Origin: an uncultured Clostridium sp.
GTDB taxonomy: Bacteria; Bacillota; Clostridia; Oscillospirales; CAG-272
Reading direction: 5' to 3'
Assembly: GCA_964463245.1 (NCBI GenBank)
Contig: CAYXBU010000001.1
Span: 36,554-100,553 of the forward strand
Length of the DNA: 64,000 nucleotides
Shown here: positions 43,935-55,188 of the stretch, piece by piece
Position numbering within the stretch: the stretch's first letter is position 1
Layout: each line of letters starts with the position of its first letter
Notes under the pieces: model-generated
Seen by the model: only the letters and a program-made list of their open reading frames with translations
What the model was told of the DNA's origin: nothing
The model's database searches: none
Translations under genes and position numbers: made by a program

Positions 43935-45320
43935 TTATCCGACGATACCGCTCGCATCCTCCTGCAGGAGCAGCTGATCCAGCAGGGTGGAGAACATGGT
44001 CAGGTGGTGCATGGGTCTGCCGGGGAAGTAGGCCTCGATGTAGTCCAGATAGTCGTTCTCAGTGTTCATCAGCATCCCGATCAGGTAGGTCTCGCCGTAG
44101 CCGGTGTAGTCGGGGATATCCCAGTTGGTGGCCTCCATGTACAGGTAGGGGATGCCCGCCTTGGCAAAGGGCGCGTGGTCGCTCCAGTTACCGGTGGCGG
44201 GGGAGGCGTAGGACGGCACGGTCTTTCCGGCGGCCAGGTCATCCGGGGAGAGCTTGTCCCATGTCCAGGGGTTGGACTTGAAGGTCAGGCCGATCTCATC
44301 GGCGACCTGCATGGCATTGTCGTAGGCACCCGTCGCGCTGACGGTCTTGGACTCGTTGTCCTGCACTCCGCCGTAGAGGTAGCAGTAGTCACCGCAGACC
44401 AGGGAGTCCATGTTGATCATGTACAGGGTGTCGGCCACGGCCTGCTCGCTCATGGCGGCTACATAGGCGGAGGCACCGTACATCCCGTATTCCTCGCCCG
44501 TCAGGAACACGAATTGGATGGTATAGGCGGTCTCGACGTCATGGAAGGCCTGTGCCGTTGCCAGTCCCAGAGCCACGCCGGAGCCGTTGTCGCCCGTGCC
44601 GGTCCCGTCATAGTGCATGGCGACGATGATGGTCTTCTCGCTCTTGCCGGGCTTGGTCACGATGATGTTCTGACTGTAGCCGGTGGCCTTGGTGTAGGTG
44701 CCGTTCTCGTCCTCGACATACTTCCGACCGGTGCGGCTGTAGGTCTTACCGTCGGTCGTGACCGAGGTCAATGCCGAGGTGGTGGTGTTAGGGTCATCGA
44801 CCGGCACATACTTGGACATGGCCACATCCTGATAGACGATGTCCGCCTCGGTGTAGCCCGCCTGCAGCAGCTCGGTGTGGATCCACTTCTGGCAGAGCAG
44901 GAAGTTCTCCCCGGCGAAGCAATCCCGATCCGAGAGCATCTTATCGATGTAGCAGAGCTTGGCGTAGGCCTCAGCGGCGTGGTTGGTATAGACCACCTCC
45001 GGCTCGACCGGCACCTCGGCCTCGGGGGCATCGGTCTCGGCCATGGCATCCGCCAGCGCACCGACCTGCCCACTCAAGGTGCCGATGACCTCCTCCAGTT
45101 CGCCTTGCTTGGACAGGATGTCCGCACCGCTGTCCGGCTTGCCCGCAATGGCGGCGATCTGTTGGGATAGGGCGGCCACGGCACTCTCCAACTCCACCTG
45201 CTTGCTCATCAGGGCGTCATTGGTCGTTTGGTCATCGACGGCACTGCTGCACCCGATGGTGCCCGCCAGCAGGCAGAGGGCGGCGGCACCGGACAAAATG
45301 GATTTCATAATAGGTTTCAT
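43935..45320 (-). CDS. M28 family aminopeptidase lipoprotein
   Basis: 461 aa. MKPIMKSILSGAAALCLLAGTIGC-SS lipoprotein signal. Coiled N-terminal region. M28 core (IIVAMHYDGTGTGDNGSGVALGLATAQAF, FLTGEEYGMYGASAYV). Confidence 0.85.
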   Translation of the reverse strand: MKPIMKSILSGAAALCLLAGTIGCSSAVDDQTTNDALMSKQVELESAVAALSQQIAAIAGKPDSGADILSKQGELEEVIGTLSGQVGALADAMAETDAPEAEVPVEPEVVYTNHAAEAYAKLCYIDKMLSDRDCFAGENFLLCQKWIHTELLQAGYTEADIVYQDVAMSKYVPVDDPNTTTSALTSVTTDGKTYSRTGRKYVEDENGTYTKATGYSQNIIVTKPGKSEKTIIVAMHYDGTGTGDNGSGVALGLATAQAFHDVETAYTIQFVFLTGEEYGMYGASAYVAAMSEQAVADTLYMINMDSLVCGDYCYLYGGVQDNESKTVSATGAYDNAMQVADEIGLTFKSNPWTWDKLSPDDLAAGKTVPSYASPATGNWSDHAPFAKAGIPYLYMEATNWDIPDYTGYGETYLIGMLMNTENDYLDYIEAYFPGRPMHHLTMFSTLLDQLLLQEDASGIVG

Positions 45321-45361
45321 GATCTTGATCCTCCTTCGATCTCGTGATTTGTGATGCCGTT

Positions 45362-45390
45362 ATTATACGCATAAATATGCGGTTTGTCAA
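45362..45390 (-). promoter_or_regulatory. sigma-A type promoter of the M28 peptidase gene, with an operator-like motif in the spacer
   Basis: On the minus strand: TTGACA, 17 nt (AACCGCATATTTATGCG), TATAAT. The spacer motif matches the one at 22264-22276. Confidence 0.75.
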
Positions 45391-45605
45391 GTACTTTCTG
45401 AATAATTTTTCAGAATCGTGAATATAATCGGCAAATTCGAGAATAAAAACTCAAAAATTGTGCATATCGGCGAAGACCCGCAGGGCGGGGCGGAAGGGGC
45501 TCCCTCGCGACATAGGCGGCCGCTTGCCCGCGGACAAAAAGCCCCCCCTCCAAGCGGGCTCACTTGTGCATATTTGACAAAATCGGGAAAATCCGCAAAA
45601 AAAGC

Positions 45606-45634
45606 TTGACAAAAGGGGGTTTCCGTGATAAAAT
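45606..45634 (+). promoter_or_regulatory. candidate rpoBC promoter
   Basis: TTGACA 45606-45611, 17 nt, TGaTAAAAT ending at 45634. It leaves a leader of about 340 nt before ATG 45977. Confidence 0.6.
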
Positions 45635-45976
45635 AGTAAACTGCATTATAATCGCCAGCATCATGGGGTGGTTCGTGAAAAACGCCATCTCCCGGCTGGC
45701 AGTCCGTCGGCGCTTGTGCATTCTGACGAAGGCGCGCGTCGCGGCGATCTGCCGTCTCCCTCACGGGACGGCACAGGAGGATCAAGGCATTTGCCGTGCC
45801 CGCCCCGCTCTCATGGATCGGGGAACGAGACCCTCGCCCGCCACGACCGTCTTCCGCTCGTTATGCCCACTCCGGCGGTGCATGGAGGGAGGGGAGCGTC
45901 CTGCGCTGTCCCGCAGGCATCCACTGCCGCCCTGCCCGCATCTCCCGATCAAGAAAGAATGGAGTGATAGTTCTAC

Positions 45977-48900
45977 ATGATTCAACTGAAAGACCAGAGG
46001 CTCGGCGAGAACACCCGCAAGTCCTTCTCCCGCACCCGCTTTAACCTGGAGCTGCCTAACCTGGTAGAGGTACAGACCCGCTCCTATGAGTGGTTCCTGC
46101 GCGAGGGACTGACCGAGGTTCTGCATGAGGTCTCCCCCATCGTGGACTTCTCGGGCAACCTGCTCATCGAGTTCGTTTCCTTTACTCTGAGTGACGAGCC
46201 GAACTACCCCGTTGAGGAGTGCAAGGAGCGGGATGTCAACTACGCGGCGCGCCTCAAGGTAAACGTTCGGCTGACCAACAAGCAGACCGGCGAGGTCAAG
46301 CAGGGAGACGTCTTCATGGGCGAGTTCCCGCTCATGACCGAGACGGGCACCTTCGTCATCAACGGCGCGGAGCGTGTCATCGTCTCCCAGATCGTCCGTT
46401 CCCCGGGTATGTACTACGCGACCGACATCGACAAGTCGGGCAAGCCGCTCTTCTCGGCACAGGTCATCCCCTACCGCGGCGCATGGCTGGAGTATGAGTC
46501 CGACATCAACGGCGTGATCTATGTCCGTATCGATAAGACCCGCAAGGTGCCCATGACCATGTTCATCCGCGCGCTGGGTCCCGAGACCCGCGACGACGTG
46601 TACGCCCTTCTGGGTGAGGACGACCGCCTGAAGGTCACCTTCGACAAGGACGAGAGTGAGAATCTTGCCGCCGAGAACCATACCTCGGCGCACATCGAGG
46701 CTCTCAAGGAGATCTATAAGAAGCTGCGTCCGGGCGAGCCGCCTCTGGTGGAGTCGGCCGAGACCCTGATCAATAACTATTTCTTCGATCCCAAGCGGTA
46801 TGACATCGCTCCCGTGGGTCGCTACAAGTTTGACAAGAAGATGGCTATCTCGGATCGTATCACCGGGCAGGTGGCGGCCGAGGATGTGATCTCCCCGCTG
46901 ACCGGTGAGGTGGTCTGCGAGGCGGGCACGGTCATCAACTCCGAGCTGGCTCTGACCATCGAGCACGCCGGGGTCAACAGTATGGATGTGCGGCTGGATA
47001 ACGGCAACACAGTCCGCGTCCTGTCCAACAACACCCTGGAGCCGGAGTATATCATCGGCTGTGATCTCAAGGACTGCGGTGTGCGCGAGAAGGTACGCAC
47101 GACCATCCTGCAGGAGATCGTGGAGGCCTGCGGCGGTGACCTGGACGAGGTCAAGCGTCAGGTCAAGCTGCGCCTGTCCGAGCTGTGCCCCAAGCACATC
47201 ACCAAGGACGATATCTTCGCTTCCATCAGCTACCTGCTCTGCCTGGCCAACGGCATCGGCTCGGCCGATGACATCGACCACCTGGGCAACCGTCGGATCC
47301 GCTCGGTGGGTGAGCAGCTCCAGAATCAGTTCCGTATCGGCTTTGTCCGCATGGAGAAGATCATCAAGGAGCGCATGACCACCCAGGACAACGACAAACT
47401 GACCCCCCAGGCACTCATCAACATCCGCCCTGTCGTGACCGCCATCCGGGAGTTCTTCGGCTCCTCTCAGCTGTCCCAGTTCGCGGATCAGAATAACCCG
47501 CTGGCCGAGCTGACCCACCGTCGCCGTCTGTCGGCACTGGGCCCGGGCGGTCTGTCCCGTGACCGCGCCTCCTTCGATGTCCGTGACGTGCACTACACCC
47601 AGTACGGCCGTATGTGCCCCATCGAGACCCCTGAAGGTCCCAACATCGGTCTGATCTCCTACCTGACCACCTATGCCCGTATCAGCGACTACGGCTTCAT
47701 CGAGGCACCCTACCGTAAGGTCAAGCGTGTGTACGATGAAAACGGCAAGGTCGTGGATCAGTATGTCACCGACGAGGTGGTCTACATGACCGCCGATACC
47801 GAGGACAGGTATGTCGTGGCGCAGGCCAACGAGCCGTTGGACGAGACCGGACACTTCATTAATAAAAAGGTCACGGCGCGCGAGAAGACCGAGATCGCAT
47901 CCATCGATGCCTCCAAGGTCGACTACATGGATGTCTCCCCGAAGATGGTGGTGTCGGTCGCAACGGCTATGATCCCCTTCTTAGAGAACGACGACAACAC
48001 CCGTGCTCTGATGGGTGCGAACATGCAGAAGCAGGCCGTCCCGCTGATGGTCACCGACAGCCCCATCGTGGGTACCGGTATGGAGTACAAGGCGGCGGTG
48101 GATTCCGGTGTCGTCATCACGGCAAAGCGCGCAGGTCGCGTAGAGCACGTCGAGGCCGACCGCATCGTCATCGTGACCGACGAGGGCATGAAGGACGTGT
48201 ACACCCTGCGTAAGTTCCGCCGTACCAACCAGGGAACCTGCTTCAATCAGCGCCCCATCGTCAAGCGGGATCAGCTGATCAGTGCAGGACAGGTCATCGC
48301 GGACGGCCCGGCCACCAGCCGCGGCGAGGTGTCGCTGGGTAAGAACGCCCTGATCGGTTTCATGACCTGGGAAGGCTACAACTACGAGGACGCCGTCCTT
48401 CTGAACGAGCGTCTGGTGCGGGATGATGTGTATACCTCCCTGCACATTGAGGAATACACCCATGAAGCACGGGATACCAAGCTCGGGCCGGAGGAGATCA
48501 CCCGCGAGGTTCCCAACGTCGGCGACGAGGTGCTGAAGGATCTGAACGCCGAGGGTATCGTCAAGAAGGGTACCGAGGTGCGTGCCGGGGATATTCTGGT
48601 CGGTAAGATCACGCCCAAGGGCGAGACCGAGCTGACCGCCGAGGAGCGCCTGCTCCGCGCCATCTTCGGCGAGAAGGCACGCGAGGTGCGGGACACCTCC
48701 CTGCGCCTGCCGCACGGCGAGTCCGGCGTGGTGGTGGATGTGCGCATCTTCTCCCGCGAGCAGGGCGACGAGCTGCCCGCTTCGGTCAACAAAGTGGTCA
48801 AGGTCTATATCGCCCAGAAGAGAAAGATCTCGGTCGGCGATAAGATGGCAGGCCGCCATGGTAACAAGGGTGTCGTTTCCCGCATCCTGCCGCCCGAGGA

Positions 48901-49954
48901 TATGCCCTTCCTGCCGGACGGTACGCCGCTGGATATCGTGCTGAACCCGCTGGGTGTGCCTTCCCGTATGAATATCGGTCAGGTGCTGGAGGTGCATCTC
49001 GGCATCGCCGCCCGCCGTTTGGGCTGGAAGATCATGACCCCTGTGTTCGACGGTGCCAACGAGAAGGACATCTCGGAGTGTCTGCACATGGCCAACTACA
49101 GCCGTCCCCTGTTCGAGGGCGAGAACCCCGAGGGCAAAGATCTGTACGAGATCGTGCAGCCGGATGAGCCGCACGACATCGACGTGCCCCCGATGTACGA
49201 GGGGGACACCCGCCATTGCTACCGCCTCTTGACTCCCGAGCAGCGGGCGGATGCCGCCTATATCGAGTCGCTCCGTCGGGCGGACACTCTGCGCCTGTTC
49301 GACGGTAAGACCATCCTGTATGATGGTCGTACCGGTGAGCCGTTCGACAACCCCGTAACCGTGGGTATCATGTACTACCTCAAGCTCCACCACCTGGTGG
49401 ACGATAAGATCCACGCGCGCTCCAACGGTCCGTACTCTCTGGTCACGCAGCAGCCCCTGGGCGGTAAGGCTCAGTTCGGCGGTCAGCGTTTCGGAGAGAT
49501 GGAGGTCTGGGCACTCGAGGCATACGGCGCCGCATACACCCTGCAGGAGATCCTGACCGTCAAGTCCGACGATATCACCGGACGGCGTAAGGCCTATGAG
49601 GCCATCATCAAGGGTCAGAACATCCCCACGCCCGGTGTGCCGGAGTCCTTCAAGGTCATGGTCAAGGAGCTGCAGGCTCTGGCTCTGGACATCCGCGTCC
49701 TGAACCAGAACGGCGAGGAGGTAGACCTCTCGGCTCTCTGCAACGAGGACGACCAGCCTGCCTACCGCCGCCACAACCCGCGGTTTGACCGTGAGGCTGA
49801 GGAAGAGGCCGAGCGTGTGACCGGTCAATTCGTGGAGACCGAGGACCTCTCCGGCTCCTACCTCATGGAAAAGAGCGAGATGAACCCGGACGAGGAGTAC
49901 GATGACGAGGCGGATTACGGCGATGCCGGAGCCGACGAGGGCTACGACGAGTGA
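45977..49954 (+). CDS. rpoB: DNA-directed RNA polymerase subunit beta
   Basis: 1325 aa. [28 protein letters not shown] at the N-terminus. Conserved blocks throughout ([35 protein letters not shown]). Acidic C-terminal tail of about 80 aa. Confidence 0.98.
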   Translation: MIQLKDQRLGENTRKSFSRTRFNLELPNLVEVQTRSYEWFLREGLTEVLHEVSPIVDFSGNLLIEFVSFTLSDEPNYPVEECKERDVNYAARLKVNVRLTNKQTGEVKQGDVFMGEFPLMTETGTFVINGAERVIVSQIVRSPGMYYATDIDKSGKPLFSAQVIPYRGAWLEYESDINGVIYVRIDKTRKVPMTMFIRALGPETRDDVYALLGEDDRLKVTFDKDESENLAAENHTSAHIEALKEIYKKLRPGEPPLVESAETLINNYFFDPKRYDIAPVGRYKFDKKMAISDRITGQVAAEDVISPLTGEVVCEAGTVINSELALTIEHAGVNSMDVRLDNGNTVRVLSNNTLEPEYIIGCDLKDCGVREKVRTTILQEIVEACGGDLDEVKRQVKLRLSELCPKHITKDDIFASISYLLCLANGIGSADDIDHLGNRRIRSVGEQLQNQFRIGFVRMEKIIKERMTTQDNDKLTPQALINIRPVVTAIREFFGSSQLSQFADQNNPLAELTHRRRLSALGPGGLSRDRASFDVRDVHYTQYGRMCPIETPEGPNIGLISYLTTYARISDYGFIEAPYRKVKRVYDENGKVVDQYVTDEVVYMTADTEDRYVVAQANEPLDETGHFINKKVTAREKTEIASIDASKVDYMDVSPKMVVSVATAMIPFLENDDNTRALMGANMQKQAVPLMVTDSPIVGTGMEYKAAVDSGVVITAKRAGRVEHVEADRIVIVTDEGMKDVYTLRKFRRTNQGTCFNQRPIVKRDQLISAGQVIADGPATSRGEVSLGKNALIGFMTWEGYNYEDAVLLNERLVRDDVYTSLHIEEYTHEARDTKLGPEEITREVPNVGDEVLKDLNAEGIVKKGTEVRAGDILVGKITPKGETELTAEERLLRAIFGEKAREVRDTSLRLPHGESGVVVDVRIFSREQGDELPASVNKVVKVYIAQKRKISVGDKMAGRHGNKGVVSRILPPEDMPFLPDGTPLDIVLNPLGVPSRMNIGQVLEVHLGIAARRLGWKIMTPVFDGANEKDISECLHMANYSRPLFEGENPEGKDLYEIVQPDEPHDIDVPPMYEGDTRHCYRLLTPEQRADAAYIESLRRADTLRLFDGKTILYDGRTGEPFDNPVTVGIMYYLKLHHLVDDKIHARSNGPYSLVTQQPLGGKAQFGGQRFGEMEVWALEAYGAAYTLQEILTVKSDDITGRRKAYEAIIKGQNIPTPGVPESFKVMVKELQALALDIRVLNQNGEEVDLSALCNEDDQPAYRRHNPRFDREAEEEAERVTGQFVETEDLSGSYLMEKSEMNPDEEYDDEADYGDAGADEGYDE

Positions 49955-50029
49955 TCCGACCCTTCCCCGCGACCCTTCCGTGCCCGCCGCCCGTAACTTG
50001 CGGGCGGTCGGGACATGAATATAGAATGA

Positions 50030-53000
50030 ATGGAGAAAAAATCTGTGGAGCGTAATGAAATTTCTTCCATCAAGATCGGTCTGGCTTCCCCGGATATGAT
50101 CCGGGACTGGTCCTACGGTGAAGTGACCAAGCCCGAGACCATCAACTACCGCACCCTGAAGCCGGAGGTCGGCGGCCTGTTCTGCGAGCGCATTTTCGGG
50201 CCGACCAAGGATGGCGCTTGTATGTGCGGCAAATACAAGAATTCCCACAGTAAGGAGATCATCAAGTGCGAGAAGTGCGGCGTGGACGTGACCACCAAGA
50301 AGGTGCGCCGCGAGCGCATGGGACATATCGAGCTGGCAAGCCCGGTCTCGCACATCTGGTACTTTAAGGCCATCCCCTCTCGGATGGCTCTGGTGCTGGA
50401 CATTTCCCCCAAGCAGCTGGAGCAGGTGCTCTACTTTGCCGAGAATGTCGTGCTGGATCCCGGCAACACCCCCCTGACGACGGGTCTGGTGCTGACCGAG
50501 CGTCAGTATACCGATTACCGCGAGATGTACGGCGACGAGTTCCGTGTCGGCATGGGTGCCGAGGCGGTGCGGGAGCTGCTGTCCAAGATCGACGTCGAGC
50601 AGCTGGCGGCTGACCTCAAGAGCGAGCTGACCCGCGCCACGGGGCAGAAGAAGATCCGCCTGATCAAGCGGCTGGAGGTCATCGAGTCCTTCCGCGTGTC
50701 CGAGAATAAGCTGGAGTGGATGGTGCTGAGCGCACTGCCCGTCCTTCCCCCGGATATCCGCTCTATGGTGCAGCTGGACGGCGGACGCTTTGCCTCCTCC
50801 GATCTCAACGAGCTGTACCGTCGGGTCATCGCCCGTAACAACCGTCTCAAGAAGCTCCTGGAGATCCACACCCCCGACATCGTCATCCGCAACGAGAAGC
50901 GTATGCTGCAGGAGGCTGTGGATGCCCTGATCGACAACGGTCGTCGCGGCAAGCCGGTCACGGGTCCCTCCAACCGTCCCCTCAAGTCGCTGTCCGAGAT
51001 GCTGCGCGGTAAGCAGGGACGTTTCCGTCAGAACCTGCTGGGTAAGCGCGTGGACTACTCCGGCCGTTCGGTCATCGTGGTCGGTCCTTCCCTCAAGATC
51101 TACCAGTGCGGTCTGCCCAAGGAGATGGCTCTGGAGCTGTTCAAGCCCTTCGTGGTCAAGAGACTGGTGGAGATGGGCAAGGCGACCAACGTCAAGGATG
51201 CCCAGAAGAAGATCGAGCGCGTGTACCCCGAGGTGTGGGATGCGCTGGAGAATGTCATCAAGGAGCATCCCGTGCTCTTGAACCGTGCACCCACCCTGCA
51301 CCGCCTGTCCATCCAGGCCTTCGAGCCGGTGCTGGTGGAGGGTCGTGCCATCAAGCTGCACCCGCTGGTGTGTACCGCCTTCAACGCCGACTTCGACGGT
51401 GACCAGATGCCTGTCCATGTCCCGCTGTCGGTCGAGGCACAGGCCGAGGCGCGCTTCCTCATGCTGTCCTGCAACAACCTGCTCAAGCCCATGGACGGTA
51501 AGGCCGTGACCATTCCGACTCAGGATATGATCCTCGGCTCCTACTACCTGACCATGGAGAAGGAGGGCGAGCCCGGCGACCGTTGGCCGCTGACCGATGC
51601 AGACGGCAACGCGCTGGTGGACGAGAACGGTGAGCCCATGTACGGCTACCGCCTGTTCCGCAACTTCGATGAGGCCATGATGGCCTATACCAACCGCCAG
51701 ATCGGCCTGCACTCCCGCATCAAGGTACGCATCAGCCGCGACTTTGTCGAGACCGATGCCGAGGGCAACGAGATCACCGTCAGCCGCACGGCTGTCATCA
51801 TCACCACGCTGGGACGGATGATCTTCAACCAGCCCCTGCCGCAGGATCTCGGCTTCGTGGATCGTTCGGATCCCGCCAATGCCTTCAAACTCGAGGTCGA
51901 GTTCGTGGTCAAGAAGAAGCAGCTGGGTCAGATCATCGACCGTTGCATCCGCGCCCATGGTACCGCCGTCTGCGCCGAGATGCTGGATAACATCAAGGCT
52001 ATGGGCTATCAGTTCTCCACGCAGGCTTCCTTCTCCATCTCGGTCTACGATATGACCATCCCCGCCGAGAAGCCCGGCTACCTGGCCGCCGCACAGAAGG
52101 ACGTGGATACCATCGCCAAGCACTTCCACCGCGGCGAGCTGTCCGAGGAGGAGCGTTACAAGGCGGTCATCCGCGTGTGGGAGAAGACCACCGACAATGT
52201 CACCGCCGCGCTGGATAAGGGCTTTAGCAAGTTCAACCCGATCAAGATCATGGCCGACTCCGGAGCGCGTGGTTCCATGACCCAGATGCGTCAGCTGGCC
52301 GGTATGCGCGGACTGATGTTCTCGGCGACCGGTAAGACCATGGAGCTGCCTATCAAGTCCAACTTCCGCGAGGGTCTGAATATTACCGAGTACTTCATGG
52401 GCGCTCGTTCCTCTCGTAAGTCCTTGTCGGATACCGCTCTGCGTACCGCAGACTCGGGTTACCTGACCCGCCGTCTGGTAGATGTGTCCCAGGAGGTCAT
52501 CGTCCGCGAGGTCAACTGCGATACCACCAAGGGAACCACGGTCTCGGATGTCATCGACGAGCGGGATAAGAACGTACTGGAGCCGCTGGCGGATCGTATC
52601 ATCGGCCGCTTTGCTCTGGGCGATGTCGTGGATCCCGCGACCGGCGAGGTGCTGGTCGCCAATGATACCATGATCTCGGAGGAGGATGCCGACGCCATCA
52701 CCAAGGCGGGCATCACCGAGGTCACCATCCGGACACCCATTCAGTGCCACGCACGCTGGGGTATCTGCTCCCACTGCTACGGCGCGGATATGTCCACGGG
52801 TAAGCTGGTCAGCGTCGGTGAGGCGGTCGGTATCATTGCCGCGCAGTCTATCGGTGAGCCGGGTACCCAGCTGACCATGCGTACCTTCCACTCGGGCGGT
52901 GTCGCAGGGTCGGATATCACACAGGGTCTGCCCCGTGTTGAGGAGCTGTTCGAGGCGCGTTCCCCCAAGAAGGCCGCCATCATGGCCGAGCAGGAGGGCG

Positions 53001-53713
53001 TGGTCTATGTCCATCAGGATCCCGACACGCCGGGTGTCAGTGATGTGTTCATCCACGACACCGAGACCAACCAGGAGCTGGGCAAGTATCCCATCCCCTA
53101 CGGTATGCGTTTGGCGGTCGGTACCGGTGCTCATGTGAAGGTCGGTCAGGCTCTGACCGAGGGCTCCAAGGCTCCCGCCGACATCATGCGTATCCAGGGT
53201 CTGGACGAGGTATACGCTTACCTGATCCGCGAGGTGCAGAAGGTCTACCGTTCTCAGTCCTGTAACGTCAATGATAAGCATATCGAGATCATTGCCCGTC
53301 AGATGACACGGAAGATCCGCATCGACGAGCCCGGAGATACCACCCTCCTGCCCGGGGCCGTGGTGGATCGCAACGAGCTGGAGGAGGTCAACAACCGCAC
53401 GCTGGCCGACGGCGCCGCGCAGGGACTGGAGCTCCGTCCCGCTACCGGCGAGCCGATCCTGCTGGGTATCACCAAGGCCGCTCTGCAGAGCGAGTCCTTC
53501 CTCTCGGCCGCTTCCTTCCAGGAGACTACCAAGGTACTGGCGGATGCTGCCATCCGCGGCAAGGTGGATCACCTGCGCGGACTCAAGGAGAATGTCATCA
53601 TCGGTCGCCTGATCCCCGCCGGTACCGGTATGGAGTGCTACCGCGAGATCACGGTCGAGCCGGGTGAGACTCCCGTGGTCGAGTCGACCTCCGAGGAGGA
53701 GCCGGCATCCTGA
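50030..53713 (+). CDS. rpoC: DNA-directed RNA polymerase subunit beta'
   Basis: 1227 aa. Zn-binding CMCGKYK...CEKCGV. Catalytic NADFDGDQM. The start ATG 50030 has a weak RBS, so the exact start is slightly uncertain. Confidence 0.97.
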   Translation: MEKKSVERNEISSIKIGLASPDMIRDWSYGEVTKPETINYRTLKPEVGGLFCERIFGPTKDGACMCGKYKNSHSKEIIKCEKCGVDVTTKKVRRERMGHIELASPVSHIWYFKAIPSRMALVLDISPKQLEQVLYFAENVVLDPGNTPLTTGLVLTERQYTDYREMYGDEFRVGMGAEAVRELLSKIDVEQLAADLKSELTRATGQKKIRLIKRLEVIESFRVSENKLEWMVLSALPVLPPDIRSMVQLDGGRFASSDLNELYRRVIARNNRLKKLLEIHTPDIVIRNEKRMLQEAVDALIDNGRRGKPVTGPSNRPLKSLSEMLRGKQGRFRQNLLGKRVDYSGRSVIVVGPSLKIYQCGLPKEMALELFKPFVVKRLVEMGKATNVKDAQKKIERVYPEVWDALENVIKEHPVLLNRAPTLHRLSIQAFEPVLVEGRAIKLHPLVCTAFNADFDGDQMPVHVPLSVEAQAEARFLMLSCNNLLKPMDGKAVTIPTQDMILGSYYLTMEKEGEPGDRWPLTDADGNALVDENGEPMYGYRLFRNFDEAMMAYTNRQIGLHSRIKVRISRDFVETDAEGNEITVSRTAVIITTLGRMIFNQPLPQDLGFVDRSDPANAFKLEVEFVVKKKQLGQIIDRCIRAHGTAVCAEMLDNIKAMGYQFSTQASFSISVYDMTIPAEKPGYLAAAQKDVDTIAKHFHRGELSEEERYKAVIRVWEKTTDNVTAALDKGFSKFNPIKIMADSGARGSMTQMRQLAGMRGLMFSATGKTMELPIKSNFREGLNITEYFMGARSSRKSLSDTALRTADSGYLTRRLVDVSQEVIVREVNCDTTKGTTVSDVIDERDKNVLEPLADRIIGRFALGDVVDPATGEVLVANDTMISEEDADAITKAGITEVTIRTPIQCHARWGICSHCYGADMSTGKLVSVGEAVGIIAAQSIGEPGTQLTMRTFHSGGVAGSDITQGLPRVEELFEARSPKKAAIMAEQEGVVYVHQDPDTPGVSDVFIHDTETNQELGKYPIPYGMRLAVGTGAHVKVGQALTEGSKAPADIMRIQGLDEVYAYLIREVQKVYRSQSCNVNDKHIEIIARQMTRKIRIDEPGDTTLLPGAVVDRNELEEVNNRTLADGAAQGLELRPATGEPILLGITKAALQSESFLSAASFQETTKVLADAAIRGKVDHLRGLKENVIIGRLIPAGTGMECYREITVEPGETPVVESTSEEEPAS

Positions 53714-53797
53714 TCGTGCCGCCTCTTGCTATTCACTAACCAAACAAAATAAACCCCTGCTTTTCCGTGCAAATTGTGGAATAGGGAGAAATTTTGG

Positions 53798-53834
53798 CAG
53801 GATGGACTGTTCGCTTGACAAACAGTCCATCCTG
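53798..53834 (+). terminator. perfect 14-bp hairpin after rpoC (attenuator/terminator candidate) enclosing the rpsL -35 box
   Basis: CAGGATGGACTGTT (53798-53811), loop CGCTTGACA, AACAGTCCATCCTG (53821-53834), followed by TGTTATAAT. Confidence 0.55.
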
Positions 53835-53843
53835 TGTTATAAT
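53815..53843 (+). promoter_or_regulatory. sigma-A type promoter of the str operon (rpsL-rpsG-fusA-tuf)
   Basis: TTGACA 53815-53820, 17 nt, TGtTATAAT ending at 53843. Leader of about 150 nt to ATG 54000. Confidence 0.7.
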
Positions 53844-53999
53844 ATGATGGTTCCTGTGGGTAGGGATATCTATGCCATGTATAGGGCGAGATCCTCCCCG
53901 ATACAGAACCGACATGGGCAGTTCCACCCCGACGAGGGTCACCTCGGCGGAGTGCCTGTATATAAACATCGAATTTCAGAAGAAGGAGGAAAAACAGGA

Positions 54000-54419
54000 A
54001 TGCCGACCCTTAACCAGCTCGTCCGTCAGGGACGTGCCGACCGCGTGTACAAGTCCAAGGCTCCTGCACTGCAGAAGGGCTTCAACAGCCTGGAGGGCAG
54101 AGCCACCGACAAGTCTTCTCCCCAGAAGAGAGGCGTGTGCACCAAGGTCTCGACCATGACCCCGAAGAAGCCGAACTCCGCTATGCGTAAGTTTGCGAGA
54201 GTGCGTCTGACCAACGGCATGGAGGTCACCAGCTACATCCCCGGTATCGGACATAGCCTGCAGGAGCACTCTGTCGTGCTCATTCGCGGCGGTCGTGTCC
54301 GTGACCTGCCCGGTGTGCGGTACCACATCATCCGTGGCACACTGGATGCTCAGGGCGTTGCGAACCGCAACCAGAGCCGCTCCAAGTACGGTGCCAAGGC
54401 TCCCAAGAAGAAGAAGTAA
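54000..54419 (+). CDS. rpsL: 30S ribosomal protein S12
   Basis: ORF 53664-54419. Start set at ATG 54000 (GAAGGAGGA RBS). [12 protein letters not shown]...[19 protein letters not shown]...[17 protein letters not shown]. Confidence 0.97.
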   Translation: MPTLNQLVRQGRADRVYKSKAPALQKGFNSLEGRATDKSSPQKRGVCTKVSTMTPKKPNSAMRKFARVRLTNGMEVTSYIPGIGHSLQEHSVVLIRGGRVRDLPGVRYHIIRGTLDAQGVANRNQSRSKYGAKAPKKKK

Positions 54420-54666
54420 TTCATCCGCGAGGGAGAGCGCGCGAGCGCAACGCATCCTCCGCTGTGCGTAAACGGCAGAACAGCCGTGGCGGAAAGGGTA
54501 GAAAAGCAGACAAGTTAGATACAGTACCTGTGCCCGCTGATTTTCGTGTTTATATACCGGCTCCCGCCGGACACCGATCAACGATATGCAAAACAGGCTC
54601 GTGGACAGAAGGATGCTTTTGAGTACCTATGATTTCATTCAATACTAATGAAGGAGGGAAGTTACA

Positions 54667-55137
54667 GTGCCGAGAAGAGGTTCGATCTCGAAGAGAGATG
54701 TACTGCCGGATCCGTTGTATAATTCCAAGCTGGTGACCAAGCTTGTCAACAACGTGATGTATGACGGCAAGAAGGGCGTGGCTCAGACCATCGTCTATGA
54801 TGCATTCCATATCATCGAAGAGAAGACCGGAGAGAATGCGCTGGAGGTTTTCCAGGCATCTCTCGACAACATCAAGCCGGAGTTGGAGGTCAAGGCTCGC
54901 CGCGTTGGCGGTTCCACCTACCAGGTTCCGATGGATGTGAAGCCGGGTCGTCAGCAGACCCTGGCTCTCCGCTGGCTCATCAACTATGCACGGTCGCGCT
55001 CCGAGCGCACCATGGCAGAGCGTCTGGCCGGCGAGATCCTGGATGCCAAGAACAACATGGGCGGCGCCTTCAAGAAGAAGGAAGAGACCCATCGTATGGC
55101 AGAAGCAAACAAGGCGTTTGCTCACTACAGATATTGA
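54667..55137 (+). CDS. rpsG: 30S ribosomal protein S7
   Basis: 156 aa, GTG start behind [40 protein letters not shown]. Confidence 0.96.
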   Translation: MPRRGSISKRDVLPDPLYNSKLVTKLVNNVMYDGKKGVAQTIVYDAFHIIEEKTGENALEVFQASLDNIKPELEVKARRVGGSTYQVPMDVKPGRQQTLALRWLINYARSRSERTMAERLAGEILDAKNNMGGAFKKKEETHRMAEANKAFAHYRY

Positions 55138-55188
55138 TGGGCGGGCAGTTGCCGCTTGTCAGTCAAGTAAAAACCAAGGAGTAAATCA

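Noticed and set aside
40519-45170. Long plus-strand ORFs antisense to gdpP (40519-42435) and to the M28 peptidase (43929-45170).
   Set aside because: These are GC3 antisense artefacts with low-complexity G/V/L/H/D products. The minus-strand products have clear family motifs.
45456-45575. A possible miniature insertion: the 10-nt direct repeat TTGTGCATAT flanks a ~96-bp GC-rich segment, like a target-site duplication.
   Set aside because: I could find no convincing terminal inverted repeats, and a third related copy (45711) is not arranged as an insertion. The repeats are kept only as part of the rpoB-leader finding.
49955-50029. A hairpin CCGCCCG...CGGGCGG in the rpoB-rpoC spacer, considered as a terminator.
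   Set aside because: The stem is short, there is no U-tract, and rpoB-rpoC are expected to be co-transcribed. It is probably incidental or a minor processing or pausing element.
47981-53572. 1863-aa minus-strand ORF running antisense through the end of rpoB, the rpoB-rpoC spacer and most of rpoC. A companion 690-aa antisense ORF lies at 45782-47854.
   Set aside because: rpoB and rpoC are in the same reading frame and use almost exclusively G/C-ending codons. The codon-aligned antisense frame therefore almost never meets a stop (a stop needs a sense codon ending in A). The translation is low-complexity (G/L/V/D/H/R-rich). There is no RBS or promoter. The sense strand encodes unmistakable RNA polymerase subunits.
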